DNA from: an uncultured delta proteobacterium
GTDB lineage: Bacteria > Desulfobacterota > Binatia > UBA9968
Reading direction: 5' to 3'
DNA length: 64,000 nt
Assembly (NCBI GenBank): GCA_963728565.1
Contig: CAVSLC010000021.1
Coordinates: 54,512 to 118,511, forward strand
In this document: positions 1 through 10,304 of the stretch, piece by piece
How the letters are laid out: each line of letters opens with the position of its first letter
How positions within the stretch are numbered: the first letter of the stretch is position 1
Translations under genes and position numbers: made by a program
Notes under the pieces: model-generated
What the model saw: only the letters and a program-made list of their open reading frames with translations
What the model was told of the DNA's origin: nothing
The model's database searches: none

Positions 1-2156
1 GGCCGCGGGCTTGGTCGCCATCACTTTCGACGAGATTTTCGGAACTCACAAGCGCCATTCCACAACGCTTGGCCAAAAAGCACCCGAGCCATTTCCTCAC
101 CAGCCTGAGCGAACTGAAGCAGGATGATTTCGTAGTTCATCTCGATCATGGCATCGGCGTTTACCGCGGGCTGAAATTTCTGACGGTAGCCGGCGTTCAA
201 GGCGAGTTTTTACACTTGGAGTATGAGGCCGGGGATCGGCTTTACCTGCCGGTAGACCGCATCAATGTCGTGCAGAAGTACATTGGTGGCGATGGTGCGC
301 AACCTTCGCTCGACAAGCTCGGCGGCACCTCCTGGGAACGGGTCAAGGCCAAAGCGCGCAAATCGGTTCTGGCAATGGCGGAGGAACTGATTCAGCTCTA
401 TGCGGTGCGTGAAGCTCGCCAAGGCAATGCCTTTGCGCCGCCGGATGCGCTTTACCGTGAGTTCGAAGCCGGTTTTGAATTTGAAGAAACGCACGATCAA
501 CAGCGCGCCATCGACGAATCTCTTACCGATATGCAGCGACCAAAGCCAATGGACCGCTTAGTGTGCGGCGATGTCGGTTTCGGCAAGACCGAGGTGGCGA
601 TGCGCGCTGCCTTTCTAGCAGTGGAGGGCGGCAAGCAGGTCGGGGTGCTGGCGCCGACGACGATTCTGGCGCAACAGCACCTACAAACCTTTCGCCATCG
701 CTTTCGCAATCATCCGGTGCGCATCGAAATGGTCAGCCGTTTCTTGACAAGTAAGGAGATCGAACAGGTTCTCAAGGATTCGGCGAGAGGGAGCGTCGAT
801 ATTGTCATCGGCACCCATCGGCTGTTGCAAAAAGATGTAGAGTTCAAGAATTTAGGCCTGGTAATTATCGATGAGGAGCATCGATTCGGGGTGGCGCATA
901 AGGAGCGCCTTAAAAAGTTGCGTCAGATGGTCGACGTCATGAGCCTTACGGCGACGCCGATCCCGCGCACGCTCCATATGTCGATCATCGGTATACGCGA
1001 TTTGAGCATTATCGAAACTCCGCCGGTTGACCGCCTGGCAATCCAAACCTACGTTACCCGCTACGATGAGCGGCTGATTCGCGATGCGATCTTGCGCGAA
1101 TTGGAGCGTGGCGGACAGGTATTTTTCCTACACAACCGAGTTGAAACAATCGATCGGATCGCCATGAAACTTGCCGACCTGGTTCCCGAGGCCAAGATGG
1201 CCGTGGCACATGGCCAGATGAAACCCAAAGATCTGGAAAAAGTGATGCTCAAGTTTCTCAACAATGAGACCCAGGTCCTGGTCTGCTCGGCGATTATCGA
1301 GTCGGGCCTGGATTTTCCCAACGCCAATACCATCATTATCAACCGCGCCGATCGGTTTGGCTTGGCGCAACTGTACCAGTTAAGAGGGCGGGTTGGCCGC
1401 TCGCACCGGCATGCCTATGCTTATCTCCTCATTCCCGGCGAACAGGCGATTACTCCAGACGCCGAGAAGAGACTGCGGGCGCTTCAAGAGATCGATGGGT
1501 TGGGTGGCGGGTTCAAATTAGCGCTGCACGATCTGGAAATCCGCGGCGCGGGTAATCTTTTGGGGCAGCAGCAGTCCGGTAATATTACCGCGGTTGGATT
1601 TGAGCTTTACACCGAAATGATGGAAAATGCCGTGCGTGAACTTAGAGGCGAAGAAGTGACGCCCGACGTCGAACCGGAAATCCGTTTAGGCATCTCCGCT
1701 TACTTTCCCGATGATTATATCCCCGATGTGAATCAGCGTTTGTTCTTCTACAAGCGGCTGGCGAGCTTGCGTAGTCCGTTTGAGCTGGAGGAGATCAAGG
1801 AAGAGATCCGGGATCGGTTTGGTCCTTATGGCGTCGCGGTGGAAAATCTCTTTTTGGTTATGAATCTGCGCCGCGTGCTCAAAGAATTTCTGGTGCAGCA
1901 GATCAGCGTGTCCGACGGCAGGGTATTTTTACTGTTTCACCCGCAATCACCGGTGAAAATCGAAAAACTCCTGGAATTGATCAACAAACCGAAGAGTCGC
2001 TTCAGGCTAGCGCCGGACGGCCGGCTGTCGTTTTCACCGAAAAATCAAGAATGGGAAATCTTGGTTGGTGAGGTGGAAGAGTTGCTCTATAGCATTCATG
2101 AGCCTGCGGCGAGTATGGCGCCCAGTTCCGCACCCCTGCACGATAGTGCGATGTAG
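1..2156 (+). CDS. mfd: Transcription-repair coupling factor (5' partial; one frameshift near 60-70)
   Basis: VVHLDHGIGVY (RID), GDVGFGKTEVA, IIDEEHRFG, TATPIPRT, QLRGRVGR and C-terminal TRCF domain. The upstream frame from position 2 reads AAGLVAITFDEIFG, typical Mfd, in a different frame from ORF 69..2156. Confidence 0.97.
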   Translation, partial: PRAWSPSLSTRFSELTSAIPQRLAKKHPSHFLTSLSELKQDDFVVHLDHGIGVYRGLKFLTVAGVQGEFLHLEYEAGDRLYLPVDRINVVQKYIGGDGAQPSLDKLGGTSWERVKAKARKSVLAMAEELIQLYAVREARQGNAFAPPDALYREFEAGFEFEETHDQQRAIDESLTDMQRPKPMDRLVCGDVGFGKTEVAMRAAFLAVEGGKQVGVLAPTTILAQQHLQTFRHRFRNHPVRIEMVSRFLTSKEIEQVLKDSARGSVDIVIGTHRLLQKDVEFKNLGLVIIDEEHRFGVAHKERLKKLRQMVDVMSLTATPIPRTLHMSIIGIRDLSIIETPPVDRLAIQTYVTRYDERLIRDAILRELERGGQVFFLHNRVETIDRIAMKLADLVPEAKMAVAHGQMKPKDLEKVMLKFLNNETQVLVCSAIIESGLDFPNANTIIINRADRFGLAQLYQLRGRVGRSHRHAYAYLLIPGEQAITPDAEKRLRALQEIDGLGGGFKLALHDLEIRGAGNLLGQQQSGNITAVGFELYTEMMENAVRELRGEEVTPDVEPEIRLGISAYFPDDYIPDVNQRLFFYKRLASLRSPFELEEIKEEIRDRFGPYGVAVENLFLVMNLRRVLKEFLVQQISVSDGRVFLLFHPQSPVKIEKLLELINKPKSRFRLAPDGRLSFSPKNQEWEILVGEVEELLYSIHEPAASMAPSSAPLHDSAM

Positions 2157-2269
2157 TGACCCTTACATGGATCACATCTTGACGCGGCAGGTTTGGCTTT
2201 TTTCGACCATCGTGTTACGCCTAAACAAATCCATATACCGAAGACATCATCTGCCGAGGTAAGATTCTT

Positions 2270-3589
2270 ATGCTGAGGCATGCTCTTAGAAACAGCCTTT
2301 TGATCACATCTTTTCTGCTTCTTGTTCCCTTGTCACTGCAGGGCCGAGTCGTGGAACAGATTGTCACGGTGATCGATGGGGAGCCGTATACTCTCACAAA
2401 TATTGCCGCCTACGCCAAGAGCAAGATGGCACGGGAGTTCCCCGTCGGGTCGCTGGAAAAAATCAACGGCAGCGATCGAGAAGTACTCGAGCAGTTTATT
2501 ACGGAAAAGCTGCTCGACGCGGAAATACGCGAGGCTGGAATCAAAGTCACCGACCAGGATATCGAAATCTACATAGATCAGATCAAACGGAAGAATCGTC
2601 TCACGGACGCCGACTTGAAAACTGCCTTGAGCCGTGAGGGACAAACCTTGCAGGCCTACAAGGCTTCAGTCCGAGCCGAGCTTGAGAAAGGCGAGTTGAT
2701 CAATCGTCAGGTGCGAAAGAAAGTCAATATAACCGATGAAGACGTCGAACGGTACTACAAGCTGAATTCGAAGAACTATCGAGCCGATGATCGCGCTCGG
2801 ATTCGTCATATCTTGCTGCCGCTGTCCGAAAAAGCTTCGCCGGAAGAAGTACAAGCGGCGGTCGCAAAGGGCAACGCGTTATACGATCAGATTGCCGCCG
2901 GCGAGGATTTCGCCAGATTGGCGCAAAAATTTTCCGACGGCGCTGGCCGGGAATCAGGTGGCGATATTGGCTGGGTAAATCGTGGAACCTTGTTGAAGCC
3001 CATCGAGGATGCTGCGTTCGACAAGCTTTCGGTCGGCGAAGTCAGCCGCCCGATCCGGAGCAGCATGGGGTTGCACTTGGTTAAACTGGAGAGCCGGAAT
3101 CTCGGCGCGGTTCTTCCATTATCTTCAGTGGCTTCCAGGATCAAGGAAGAGCTCTACACCAAAGCGATGGAGGAGCGTTACTCTAAATGGCTCAAAACCG
3201 AGCTGCGTCGCAAGCATACTGTCGATGTAAAAATTGCCGGGGTCGTATTCAAGCCCGAGGATTCGAAGGAAGATACCATGGGTTCCCTGATGGCCAAGTC
3301 TCCTCGGCTTAACCGAAAAGAGGAGCGTGGGTTATTAGGTTATTTGAACCCACTTTCGTACGTGATCAAGGAAACCGCGTCTGATGAAGAAGATCAGAAA
3401 ACGGGACCGCTAGCCGGCAAGAATGTCGTTAGCGTTTTCGGCGTGCCACTTTTTACTACGGATCGAGTTGATGATGTTCCCGATATACTCTCTCCACCCG
3501 TACAGCCTGAAAAAAATTCGCGACCACAAGAATCAGACAGCGGCTTTTTCTCCTCCATTGTAAACCGGTTGAACCCCTTCAAGCGCTAG
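2270..3589 (+). CDS. surA: SurA/PrsA-family peptidyl-prolyl isomerase chaperone
   Basis: Signal peptide, SurA N-domain, parvulin motifs RHILL and F..LA..FS..GGDIGW; mfd-surA-pdxA synteny. Confidence 0.88.
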   Translation: MLRHALRNSLLITSFLLLVPLSLQGRVVEQIVTVIDGEPYTLTNIAAYAKSKMAREFPVGSLEKINGSDREVLEQFITEKLLDAEIREAGIKVTDQDIEIYIDQIKRKNRLTDADLKTALSREGQTLQAYKASVRAELEKGELINRQVRKKVNITDEDVERYYKLNSKNYRADDRARIRHILLPLSEKASPEEVQAAVAKGNALYDQIAAGEDFARLAQKFSDGAGRESGGDIGWVNRGTLLKPIEDAAFDKLSVGEVSRPIRSSMGLHLVKLESRNLGAVLPLSSVASRIKEELYTKAMEERYSKWLKTELRRKHTVDVKIAGVVFKPEDSKEDTMGSLMAKSPRLNRKEERGLLGYLNPLSYVIKETASDEEDQKTGPLAGKNVVSVFGVPLFTTDRVDDVPDILSPPVQPEKNSRPQESDSGFFSSIVNRLNPFKR

Positions 3590-3637
3590 CCCTCCGGGTT
3601 CTCTGTCAAGCTGCCCAATCTCGGGTCTTCTAAGCTT

Positions 3638-4663
3638 ATGCCGCGTAAACCGATTGTTGCCGTAACTATGGGCGATCCCGCAGGGGTAGGCCCGGAAGTC
3701 ATTCTGAAGGCGCTCAGCCATCAGACGGTCGGTCGGGCCTGCAATCCGCTGATTCTCGGGGATTGGGGAGTACTGCAACGCGTCCGTGCCAGAAGTAAAC
3801 GGCTTCCCAAGTTAATTTCCTGGCAATCCGGAATGCCGTTGTTGCCTCTATTGCATGGCAGTGGCGGCTTTGTCGTATGTCCGCTCTCGACCTTGCGTGA
3901 AAACGAATCGCGTCCGGGCCGGCCGGTAAAAGCGGGCGGGCATGCCGCCTATCGCTATATAACCGTGGCGGCTCGCCTGGCCTTGTCGAGTGTGGCCGAT
4001 GCGATTGCGACGGCGCCTATCAGCAAGAGTATCCTGATCAATGCAGGCTACAACTATCCGGGACATACCGAACTTCTTGCCGAGATTAGCCGGACGCCCG
4101 AATGTCGCATGATGTTGATCGGCAAAAAACTGCGAGTTGTCCTGGTGACCGGACATGTAGGTTATACCAAGGTGGTGCGCTCGTTGACGTGTGACGGCAT
4201 TCGGACAACACTGGAGCTGACCCACCGGGCTCTGAAAAATTCGTTCGGGATCTCGCGGCCGCGCATCGCCGTCGCGGCTTTGAATCCGCACGGCGGTGAG
4301 GAAGGGATTTTCGGAAGTGAAGAAAAAGAGATAATCGTGCCCGGAGTTCAAGCCGCAAAACGCAAGGGAATTCCAGCATCCGGGCCGTTTCCGGCCGATA
4401 GTCTTTTTCACAAAGCCGCGCGCGGAGAATATGACGCGGTAGTCTGCATGTATCACGATCAGGGATTGATCCCTCTTAAGCTGCATCATTTTTTTGGCGG
4501 AGTGGCGCTCACCTTGGGGCCCCCCTTCATTCGAACTTCGGTCGATCACGGCACAGCCTATGACATCGCCGGCTCCGGCAGAGCCGATGAAACCAGCATG
4601 GCGCAAGCGATCTTGCTCGCGGCAGAACTAGCCAGGCTAAGAATGAAGAGCAAGAATCATTGA
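3638..4663 (+). CDS. pdxA: 4-hydroxythreonine-4-phosphate dehydrogenase
   Basis: TMGDPAGVGPE, GHTE, LNPH, MYHDQG, RTSVDHGTA motifs. Confidence 0.97.
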   Translation: MPRKPIVAVTMGDPAGVGPEVILKALSHQTVGRACNPLILGDWGVLQRVRARSKRLPKLISWQSGMPLLPLLHGSGGFVVCPLSTLRENESRPGRPVKAGGHAAYRYITVAARLALSSVADAIATAPISKSILINAGYNYPGHTELLAEISRTPECRMMLIGKKLRVVLVTGHVGYTKVVRSLTCDGIRTTLELTHRALKNSFGISRPRIAVAALNPHGGEEGIFGSEEKEIIVPGVQAAKRKGIPASGPFPADSLFHKAARGEYDAVVCMYHDQGLIPLKLHHFFGGVALTLGPPFIRTSVDHGTAYDIAGSGRADETSMAQAILLAAELARLRMKSKNH

Positions 4664-6012
4664 ATCCATCGATCTTTCGCGAATACGATATCCGCGGACT
4701 GGCAAAGAAAGAGTTCGATGAAGATTTTGCTCTCCTGCTTGGCAAAGTGCACGGCACGATCATCAACGAGGCGGGCGGCACTCGCGTGAGTGTGGGCCGA
4801 GATTGCCGTGCTACTTCCGATCTTTACACCCAGGCTGTCATAGCCGGGCTGGTTTCGACGGGTCTCCAAGTCACCGATATTGGTGTCTGTCCGACACCGT
4901 TGCTTTATTTTTCGCTGTTCCATCTCGACACCGACGGCGGTATCGAGGTCACCGCCAGCCACAATCCCTCGGAGTATAATGGATTCAAGCTTTGCCTTGG
5001 TAAGGACACGCTTTACGGCGCGCAAATCCAGGACATCAAAACTAGAATCGAGCAAAATCATTTTGTCGAGAAGCCCGGCGGCACGGTCGAACGCTATGAC
5101 ATCGTTGTGCCTTACCAACAGCATCTGTTGCGCGACGTTCCTAAGCTAAAGCGCTCTCTCAAGGTGGTCGTCGACGCCGGTAGCGGCGTTGGCGGACCCG
5201 TGGCGCCGCCTATTTTTCGTCATTTAGGCTGTACGGTTTGGGAGATCGCCTGTACACCCGACGGCGATTTTCCAATCCATCATCCCGACCCCACCGTCCC
5301 GGAAAATCTCGAGCTGCTTATTGCCAAAGTTCGCGCGGAAGGGGCGGACTTAGGAATAGCCTACGATGGAGATGCCGATCGTATCGGCGCTGTGGATGAA
5401 CAGGGCAGGATCGTCTGGGGTGATGAACTGATAGTGATTTTTGCCCGCGATGTTCTCCAGCGTAATCCCGGAGCGACGATCATTTCCGAAGTCAAATGCT
5501 CCCAACGGCTTTACGACGATATCGTCGCCCGCGGTGGGGTACCGATCATGTGGAAAGCGGGCCACTCGCTGTTAAAGGCTAAGTTGAAGGAAACGAATGC
5601 CTTGTTGGCCGGTGAAATGAGCGGCCATATGTTCTTCAAAGAGCGTTACTTCGGTTATGACGATGCGATCTATGCTTCGTTGCGGTTGCTGGAGATTATT
5701 GCCAATTCGGATAGACCTTTCTCGGCCTTGCTTGCGGACCTGCCCCGGACTGTATCGACACCCGAAATCAGAATCGACTGCCCGGATGATAGGAAATTTA
5801 TCATCGCCGAAAGGGCAAAAGAGTATTTTCGTCAGCACTACGATATCATTGAAATCGACGGCGTGCGCGTGCAGTTCCCCGAAGGATGGGGGCTGATTCG
5901 CGCATCGAATACCCAGCCGGCGCTGGTGCTTCGTTTTGAGGCTCAAACCGCGGAGAAAATGAACGAATATCGCGCCTTGGTCGAGGGCAAGCTTAAGGAA
6001 CTGGAGATCTGA
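4660..6012 (+). CDS. Phosphomannomutase/phosphoglucomutase (AlgC-like)
   Basis: IFREYDIRG, TASHNP phosphoserine loop, DGDADR metal loop, GEMSGH, RASNTQP. Confidence 0.95.
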   Translation: MNPSIFREYDIRGLAKKEFDEDFALLLGKVHGTIINEAGGTRVSVGRDCRATSDLYTQAVIAGLVSTGLQVTDIGVCPTPLLYFSLFHLDTDGGIEVTASHNPSEYNGFKLCLGKDTLYGAQIQDIKTRIEQNHFVEKPGGTVERYDIVVPYQQHLLRDVPKLKRSLKVVVDAGSGVGGPVAPPIFRHLGCTVWEIACTPDGDFPIHHPDPTVPENLELLIAKVRAEGADLGIAYDGDADRIGAVDEQGRIVWGDELIVIFARDVLQRNPGATIISEVKCSQRLYDDIVARGGVPIMWKAGHSLLKAKLKETNALLAGEMSGHMFFKERYFGYDDAIYASLRLLEIIANSDRPFSALLADLPRTVSTPEIRIDCPDDRKFIIAERAKEYFRQHYDIIEIDGVRVQFPEGWGLIRASNTQPALVLRFEAQTAEKMNEYRALVEGKLKELEI

Positions 6013-6021
6013 CAACCGATA

Positions 6022-8547
6022 ATGCGCGGCGAGATTGTTGTCAGCGGAGCGCGAGTCCATAACCTTCAAAGTATCGACCTTAAGATTCCACGTGAGCAGT
6101 TAGTCGTTATCACCGGAGTTTCCGGTTCAGGAAAATCATCGTTAGCCTTCGATACACTTTACGCTGAGGGCCAGCGCCGCTACATCGAATCGCTACCCGT
6201 CAACCATCGTCAGTTACTTCAGCAGCTCGACAAGCCCGACGTCGACTCTATCGAGGGACTTTCTCCGGCCATCGCGCTTCAACAGAGACCATCAAACTTT
6301 GGCCCGCGCTCGACGGTAGGAACGATGAGCGAGGTGCAAGATTTTTTGCGGCTGCTGTTCACTCGTGTCGGCCAGCCGTTTTGCATTCAGTGCGGCGCGC
6401 CGATCTCGATCCAGACTACAGAGCAAATAGTCGATCAACTTCTGGCCCTCCCGCCGGGCGCGCGCATCGTTCTTATGGCGCCGATTGCCGGCTCAAGAAA
6501 ATTGAATGCCGACAAACTGCTTGGCGAGTTCGCCCGTCAGGGCTTCACCCGCGTTAGGATTGACGGACGATTGCACGAGCTTGGAGAAGAGACTCACCTG
6601 GAAGCAGGCCGGACTTATCAGATCGACTTGGTGATTGACCGCTTGACGATTAAAGAAGGTGTAGAAAAGCGCCTAGCGGATTCGCTTGAAATAGCTTCTC
6701 GCGTCGGCCAGCACGTTGTAAAGATCGAAGTGCAGGCAGAGACGGCGGCGATCAAAGAATTACGCTTCAGCCAAAAGTTTGCCTGTGCTGAATGCGGCAG
6801 TTCTTTTCCGGAGATTGTTCCGAGCCTGTTTTCATTTAATAGTCCCAATGGCGCCTGTCCGGTGTGCGCTGGGTTAAGTAGTTTGGAGCAGACGGGTCGA
6901 AAATCGAAAGCCGCCCCTGACGCCAGCGCTGTTGTGACGTGTAAGGAATGCAACGGCGCTCGTCTGAAGAAAGAAAGCTTGGCGGTCCGGATTGACGGCA
7001 AAAATATTGCTCAGTTGGCCGCATTGCCCATAAACGAGGCGATCCAGTACTTCGACGCGCTCCGCTTCCAACCCCGGGAGCAGATCATCGCCGGCAAAAT
7101 ACTCCCGGAGATCATTCCGCGGCTTCGGCTTTTGGCGCAACTCGGACTTGATCACCTGACCTTGGACCGCTCGTCGACCACCCTGTCGGGCGGCGAATTG
7201 CAAAGGGTCCGCTTAGCCAAGCAAATTGGCTCGAAGTTGTCGGGGGTCCTGTATATTTTTGACGAGCCGAGCATTGGACTGCACCAAAAAGACAATGCAC
7301 AACTGCTGCAGCTTTTACACGAGCTTCGTGGTGCCGGCAATTCCATCTTGATCGTGGAGCATGATCCGGAAACTATTCTCAGCGCCGACTATGTCATCGA
7401 TATGGGACCGGGTGCGGGAACTAAAGGCGGCCGGGTCGTCGCGACTGGGTCACCCGACGAGCTCATGGCCCAGCCGCACTCGCTCACCGGTCAGTATTTA
7501 TCCGGCCGTAAAAAAATTACCATTCCAGCTTTGCGCCGAAAAGGTTCAGGCGAGTTTCTAATCTTAAAAGGGGCGCGACAAAACAATCTGCAGGACATTA
7601 CGGTTGAAATCCCGGTGGGTGTGGTGACTTGTGTCACCGGAGTTTCGGGTTCCGGGAAGAGCACCTTGGTGATGGATGTCCTTTATCATGAACTTTCCCG
7701 ACGCTTGCGGCGCTTGCGCGTGAGGACCGGCGCCTTGGATGATCTGATCGGCTGGCAGCATTTCGATCGGGTAATCGGTGTCGATCAAGCTCCGATAGGC
7801 AGGACGTCACGCTCCAATCCAGCCACGTACGCGGGAATCTACGATCCGATTCGCGATCTTTTCGCGCAACTACCAGAGTCGCGAGTAAGAGGTTATCAGC
7901 CTAACCGGTTCTCATTTAACACCAGCGGAGGCCGATGCGAAGCTTGTGGCGGCGAAGGCCTGATGCGCATCGAGATGTATTTTCTGGCCGATGTTTTTGC
8001 TACCTGCGATATCTGCAAAGGCCGTCGTTTTAACCGGGAAACGCTCGAGATTAAATACAAAGGGCATAGCATTGCCGATGTGTTGGAACTAACGGTAATT
8101 CAGGCTCTGGATTTATTCGCTCACATACCGGCTATCGCCGCGCGACTTCATACATTAGTTGGCGTGGGCTTGGGTTATATTCAGCTCGGCCAGGCAGCTC
8201 AGACCCTTTCGGGTGGCGAGTCGCAACGTCTCAAGCTGGCCAAGGAGCTGGCGCGACGGTCGAGCGGCCGATCTCTCTATGTTCTGGATGAACCCACTTC
8301 CGGACTTCATTTTGCGGATATCGACCAACTCTTAGAACTACTGCATAGTTTGACCGACGCGGGTAACACCTTGGTGGTGATTGAACACAATCTGGAAGTC
8401 ATCAAAAACGCCGACTACGTCATCGATTTGGGGCCGGGAGCCGGGAAGAGCGGCGGTAGGGTTATTGCGCGTGGGACGCCCGAAGATGTTGCCGCGGTAG
8501 CCTCATCACACACCGGGCGCTATTTGCGTAACCTGCTAATCAACTAA
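6022..8547 (+). CDS. uvrA: Excinuclease ABC subunit A (shortened; insertion domain missing)
   Basis: Two Walker A motifs [13 protein letters not shown] signatures, [12 protein letters not shown], CxxC zinc fingers; 841 aa. Confidence 0.95.
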   Translation: MRGEIVVSGARVHNLQSIDLKIPREQLVVITGVSGSGKSSLAFDTLYAEGQRRYIESLPVNHRQLLQQLDKPDVDSIEGLSPAIALQQRPSNFGPRSTVGTMSEVQDFLRLLFTRVGQPFCIQCGAPISIQTTEQIVDQLLALPPGARIVLMAPIAGSRKLNADKLLGEFARQGFTRVRIDGRLHELGEETHLEAGRTYQIDLVIDRLTIKEGVEKRLADSLEIASRVGQHVVKIEVQAETAAIKELRFSQKFACAECGSSFPEIVPSLFSFNSPNGACPVCAGLSSLEQTGRKSKAAPDASAVVTCKECNGARLKKESLAVRIDGKNIAQLAALPINEAIQYFDALRFQPREQIIAGKILPEIIPRLRLLAQLGLDHLTLDRSSTTLSGGELQRVRLAKQIGSKLSGVLYIFDEPSIGLHQKDNAQLLQLLHELRGAGNSILIVEHDPETILSADYVIDMGPGAGTKGGRVVATGSPDELMAQPHSLTGQYLSGRKKITIPALRRKGSGEFLILKGARQNNLQDITVEIPVGVVTCVTGVSGSGKSTLVMDVLYHELSRRLRRLRVRTGALDDLIGWQHFDRVIGVDQAPIGRTSRSNPATYAGIYDPIRDLFAQLPESRVRGYQPNRFSFNTSGGRCEACGGEGLMRIEMYFLADVFATCDICKGRRFNRETLEIKYKGHSIADVLELTVIQALDLFAHIPAIAARLHTLVGVGLGYIQLGQAAQTLSGGESQRLKLAKELARRSSGRSLYVLDEPTSGLHFADIDQLLELLHSLTDAGNTLVVIEHNLEVIKNADYVIDLGPGAGKSGGRVIARGTPEDVAAVASSHTGRYLRNLLIN

Positions 8548-8609
8548 AAAATCCGCCGTTTATCCCCTTCTGCGGAGTTCCGGCTGGCGCTAAACCCCCG
8601 ATCACTCCA

Positions 8610-8638
8610 TTGACTGAGAGTACCTGATTAGTTATCTT
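8610..8638 (+). promoter_or_regulatory. Putative sigma70 promoter of the Fe-S operon
   Basis: TTGACT (8610-8615), 17 nt spacer, TATCTT (8633-8638), upstream of iscS. Confidence 0.6.
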
Positions 8639-8641
8639 TAA

Positions 8642-8662
8642 ATCAGACCAAACTGGTGGGAT
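8642..8662. promoter_or_regulatory. Putative Rrf2/IscR-type operator
   Basis: Dyad ATCagACCAaacTGGTggGAT just downstream of the -10 box; the operon encodes an Rrf2 regulator. Confidence 0.55.
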
Positions 8663-8687
8663 AAGTAGCCGGCTGGCCCCTGTTCCT

Positions 8688-9914
8688 ATGAAACTGCCTA
8701 TTTACATGGACAATCACGCCACTACACCGGTGGACCCAAGGGTTATCGGGACGATGTTGCCGTTTTTTACAGAGAAGTTCGGCAATGCTTCAAGCCGTAA
8801 TCACGTGTTCGGCTGGGACAGTGAAGCGGCAGTCGACCGCGCGCGCGAGCACGTCGCCTGTTTAATTCATGCGGCATCGCCACGGGAGATAGTTTTTACC
8901 AGCGGTGCCACGGAGTCGGACAATATTGCGATCAAAGGGATCGCCGAAGCATATGCCGAGAAGGGCAACCACATCGTTACCTGCGCAATCGAACACAAGG
9001 CGGTGCTGGACAGTTGCAAGAGTCTGGAGAGAAAAGGTTATCAAGTAACCTATTTACCGGTGCGGGCAAATGGCTTGATCGATCTGGATAGGCTCCGGAG
9101 TGCTCTTACCGATAAGACGATTCTCATCTCGATAATGGCTGCCAACAATGAGATCGGTACTATCGAACCGGTGCGGGAGATTGGCAAAATCGCTAAGGAA
9201 AAGGGAATTTTGTTTCATACGGATGCGACCCAGGCGGTGGGCAAGATTCCACTGAATGTCGAAGAGATGGGCATCGACCTGCTTTCGCTTACCGCGCACA
9301 AAATCTACGGTCCCAAGGGCGTAGGAGCACTGTACGTCCGATCGTCGAAGCCGCGGGTTAAACTCATTCCGCTGATCGAAGGCGGCGGGCAGGAACTGGG
9401 TATCCGGTCAGGCACCCTCAATGTCCCGGGGATTGTCGGGCTCGGCAAGGCTTGTGAGATCGCGCAAGAAGATATGATGGCCGACGGCGAGCGTCTGACC
9501 GGATTGAGTCAGCGATTGAAGGCCCAGATCGTCGGCCAGCTAAACGAGGTAAGTGTCAATGGTGATTCGTTACAGCGATTGCCTGGGAACTTGCACTTGA
9601 GCTTTGCCTATATAGAGGGTGAATCGTTGTTGATGGGGCTTAAGGATATTGCGGTCTCGACGGGTTCCGCGTGCACTTCGGCAAGCCTGGAACCTTCCCA
9701 CGTCTTGCGCGCGATTGGCTTGGAGGAGCATTTGGCCCATTCTTCGATTCGTTTTGGTTTAGGCCGGTTCAACACCGAAGAAGAAGTTGATTACACGGCG
9801 CGCCGGGTGGTTGAGGAAGTGCGCCGGTTGCGGGAGCTATCGCCTATTCTTCGTTCTAGAAAAGCGAAAACGAAAGGTCAGGCGAATTCCCACTCACAGG
9901 AGCGTGCCTCCTAG
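8688..9914 (+). CDS. iscS: Cysteine desulfurase, IscS subfamily
   Basis: [24 protein letters not shown] (PLP Lys), [24 protein letters not shown]. Confidence 0.95.
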   Translation: MKLPIYMDNHATTPVDPRVIGTMLPFFTEKFGNASSRNHVFGWDSEAAVDRAREHVACLIHAASPREIVFTSGATESDNIAIKGIAEAYAEKGNHIVTCAIEHKAVLDSCKSLERKGYQVTYLPVRANGLIDLDRLRSALTDKTILISIMAANNEIGTIEPVREIGKIAKEKGILFHTDATQAVGKIPLNVEEMGIDLLSLTAHKIYGPKGVGALYVRSSKPRVKLIPLIEGGGQELGIRSGTLNVPGIVGLGKACEIAQEDMMADGERLTGLSQRLKAQIVGQLNEVSVNGDSLQRLPGNLHLSFAYIEGESLLMGLKDIAVSTGSACTSASLEPSHVLRAIGLEEHLAHSSIRFGLGRFNTEEEVDYTARRVVEEVRRLRELSPILRSRKAKTKGQANSHSQERAS

Positions 9915-9940
9915 TCGGTCTAGACAGGAGAGATGGATGT

Positions 9941-10270
9941 ATGGCTGCAGGAATTAGTGTCACCGATCGTGCAGCGGCACGTATCAAAGAATTGGTTACT
10001 GCCGAAAACCGTCAAGGGCAGGGGCTCAGAGTCAAAGTCGTTGGCGGCGGCTGCTCGGGACTCCAATATAAGGTAGATTTCGATCTCGCCAAGGGCTCCG
10101 ATAAGATCTTCGAGAAAGATGGAGCACAGGTGCTGGTCGACATGAAGAGCCTGCTTTACCTCACCGGCACAGAGCTCGACTATAAAGAAGAATTGATGCA
10201 ATCAGGATTTGTTTTTCAAAATCCCAATGTCAAAAAGGCCTGCGGTTGCGGCGCCTCTTTTACAGTTTGA
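9941..10270 (+). CDS. iscA: A-type Fe-S carrier (HesB/IscA/SufA family)
   Basis: GGGCSG and CGCGASF motifs. Confidence 0.92.
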   Translation: MAAGISVTDRAAARIKELVTAENRQGQGLRVKVVGGGCSGLQYKVDFDLAKGSDKIFEKDGAQVLVDMKSLLYLTGTELDYKEELMQSGFVFQNPNVKKACGCGASFTV

Positions 10271-10304
10271 AACGTAAAATAATGGTGTTTGTACAGGAAA
10301 TTCT

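Noticed and set aside
55-75. Frameshift near the 5' end of mfd as programmed recoding or a pseudogene
   Set aside because: Single indel in an otherwise intact housekeeping gene with no convincing slippery site; most likely a sequence error.
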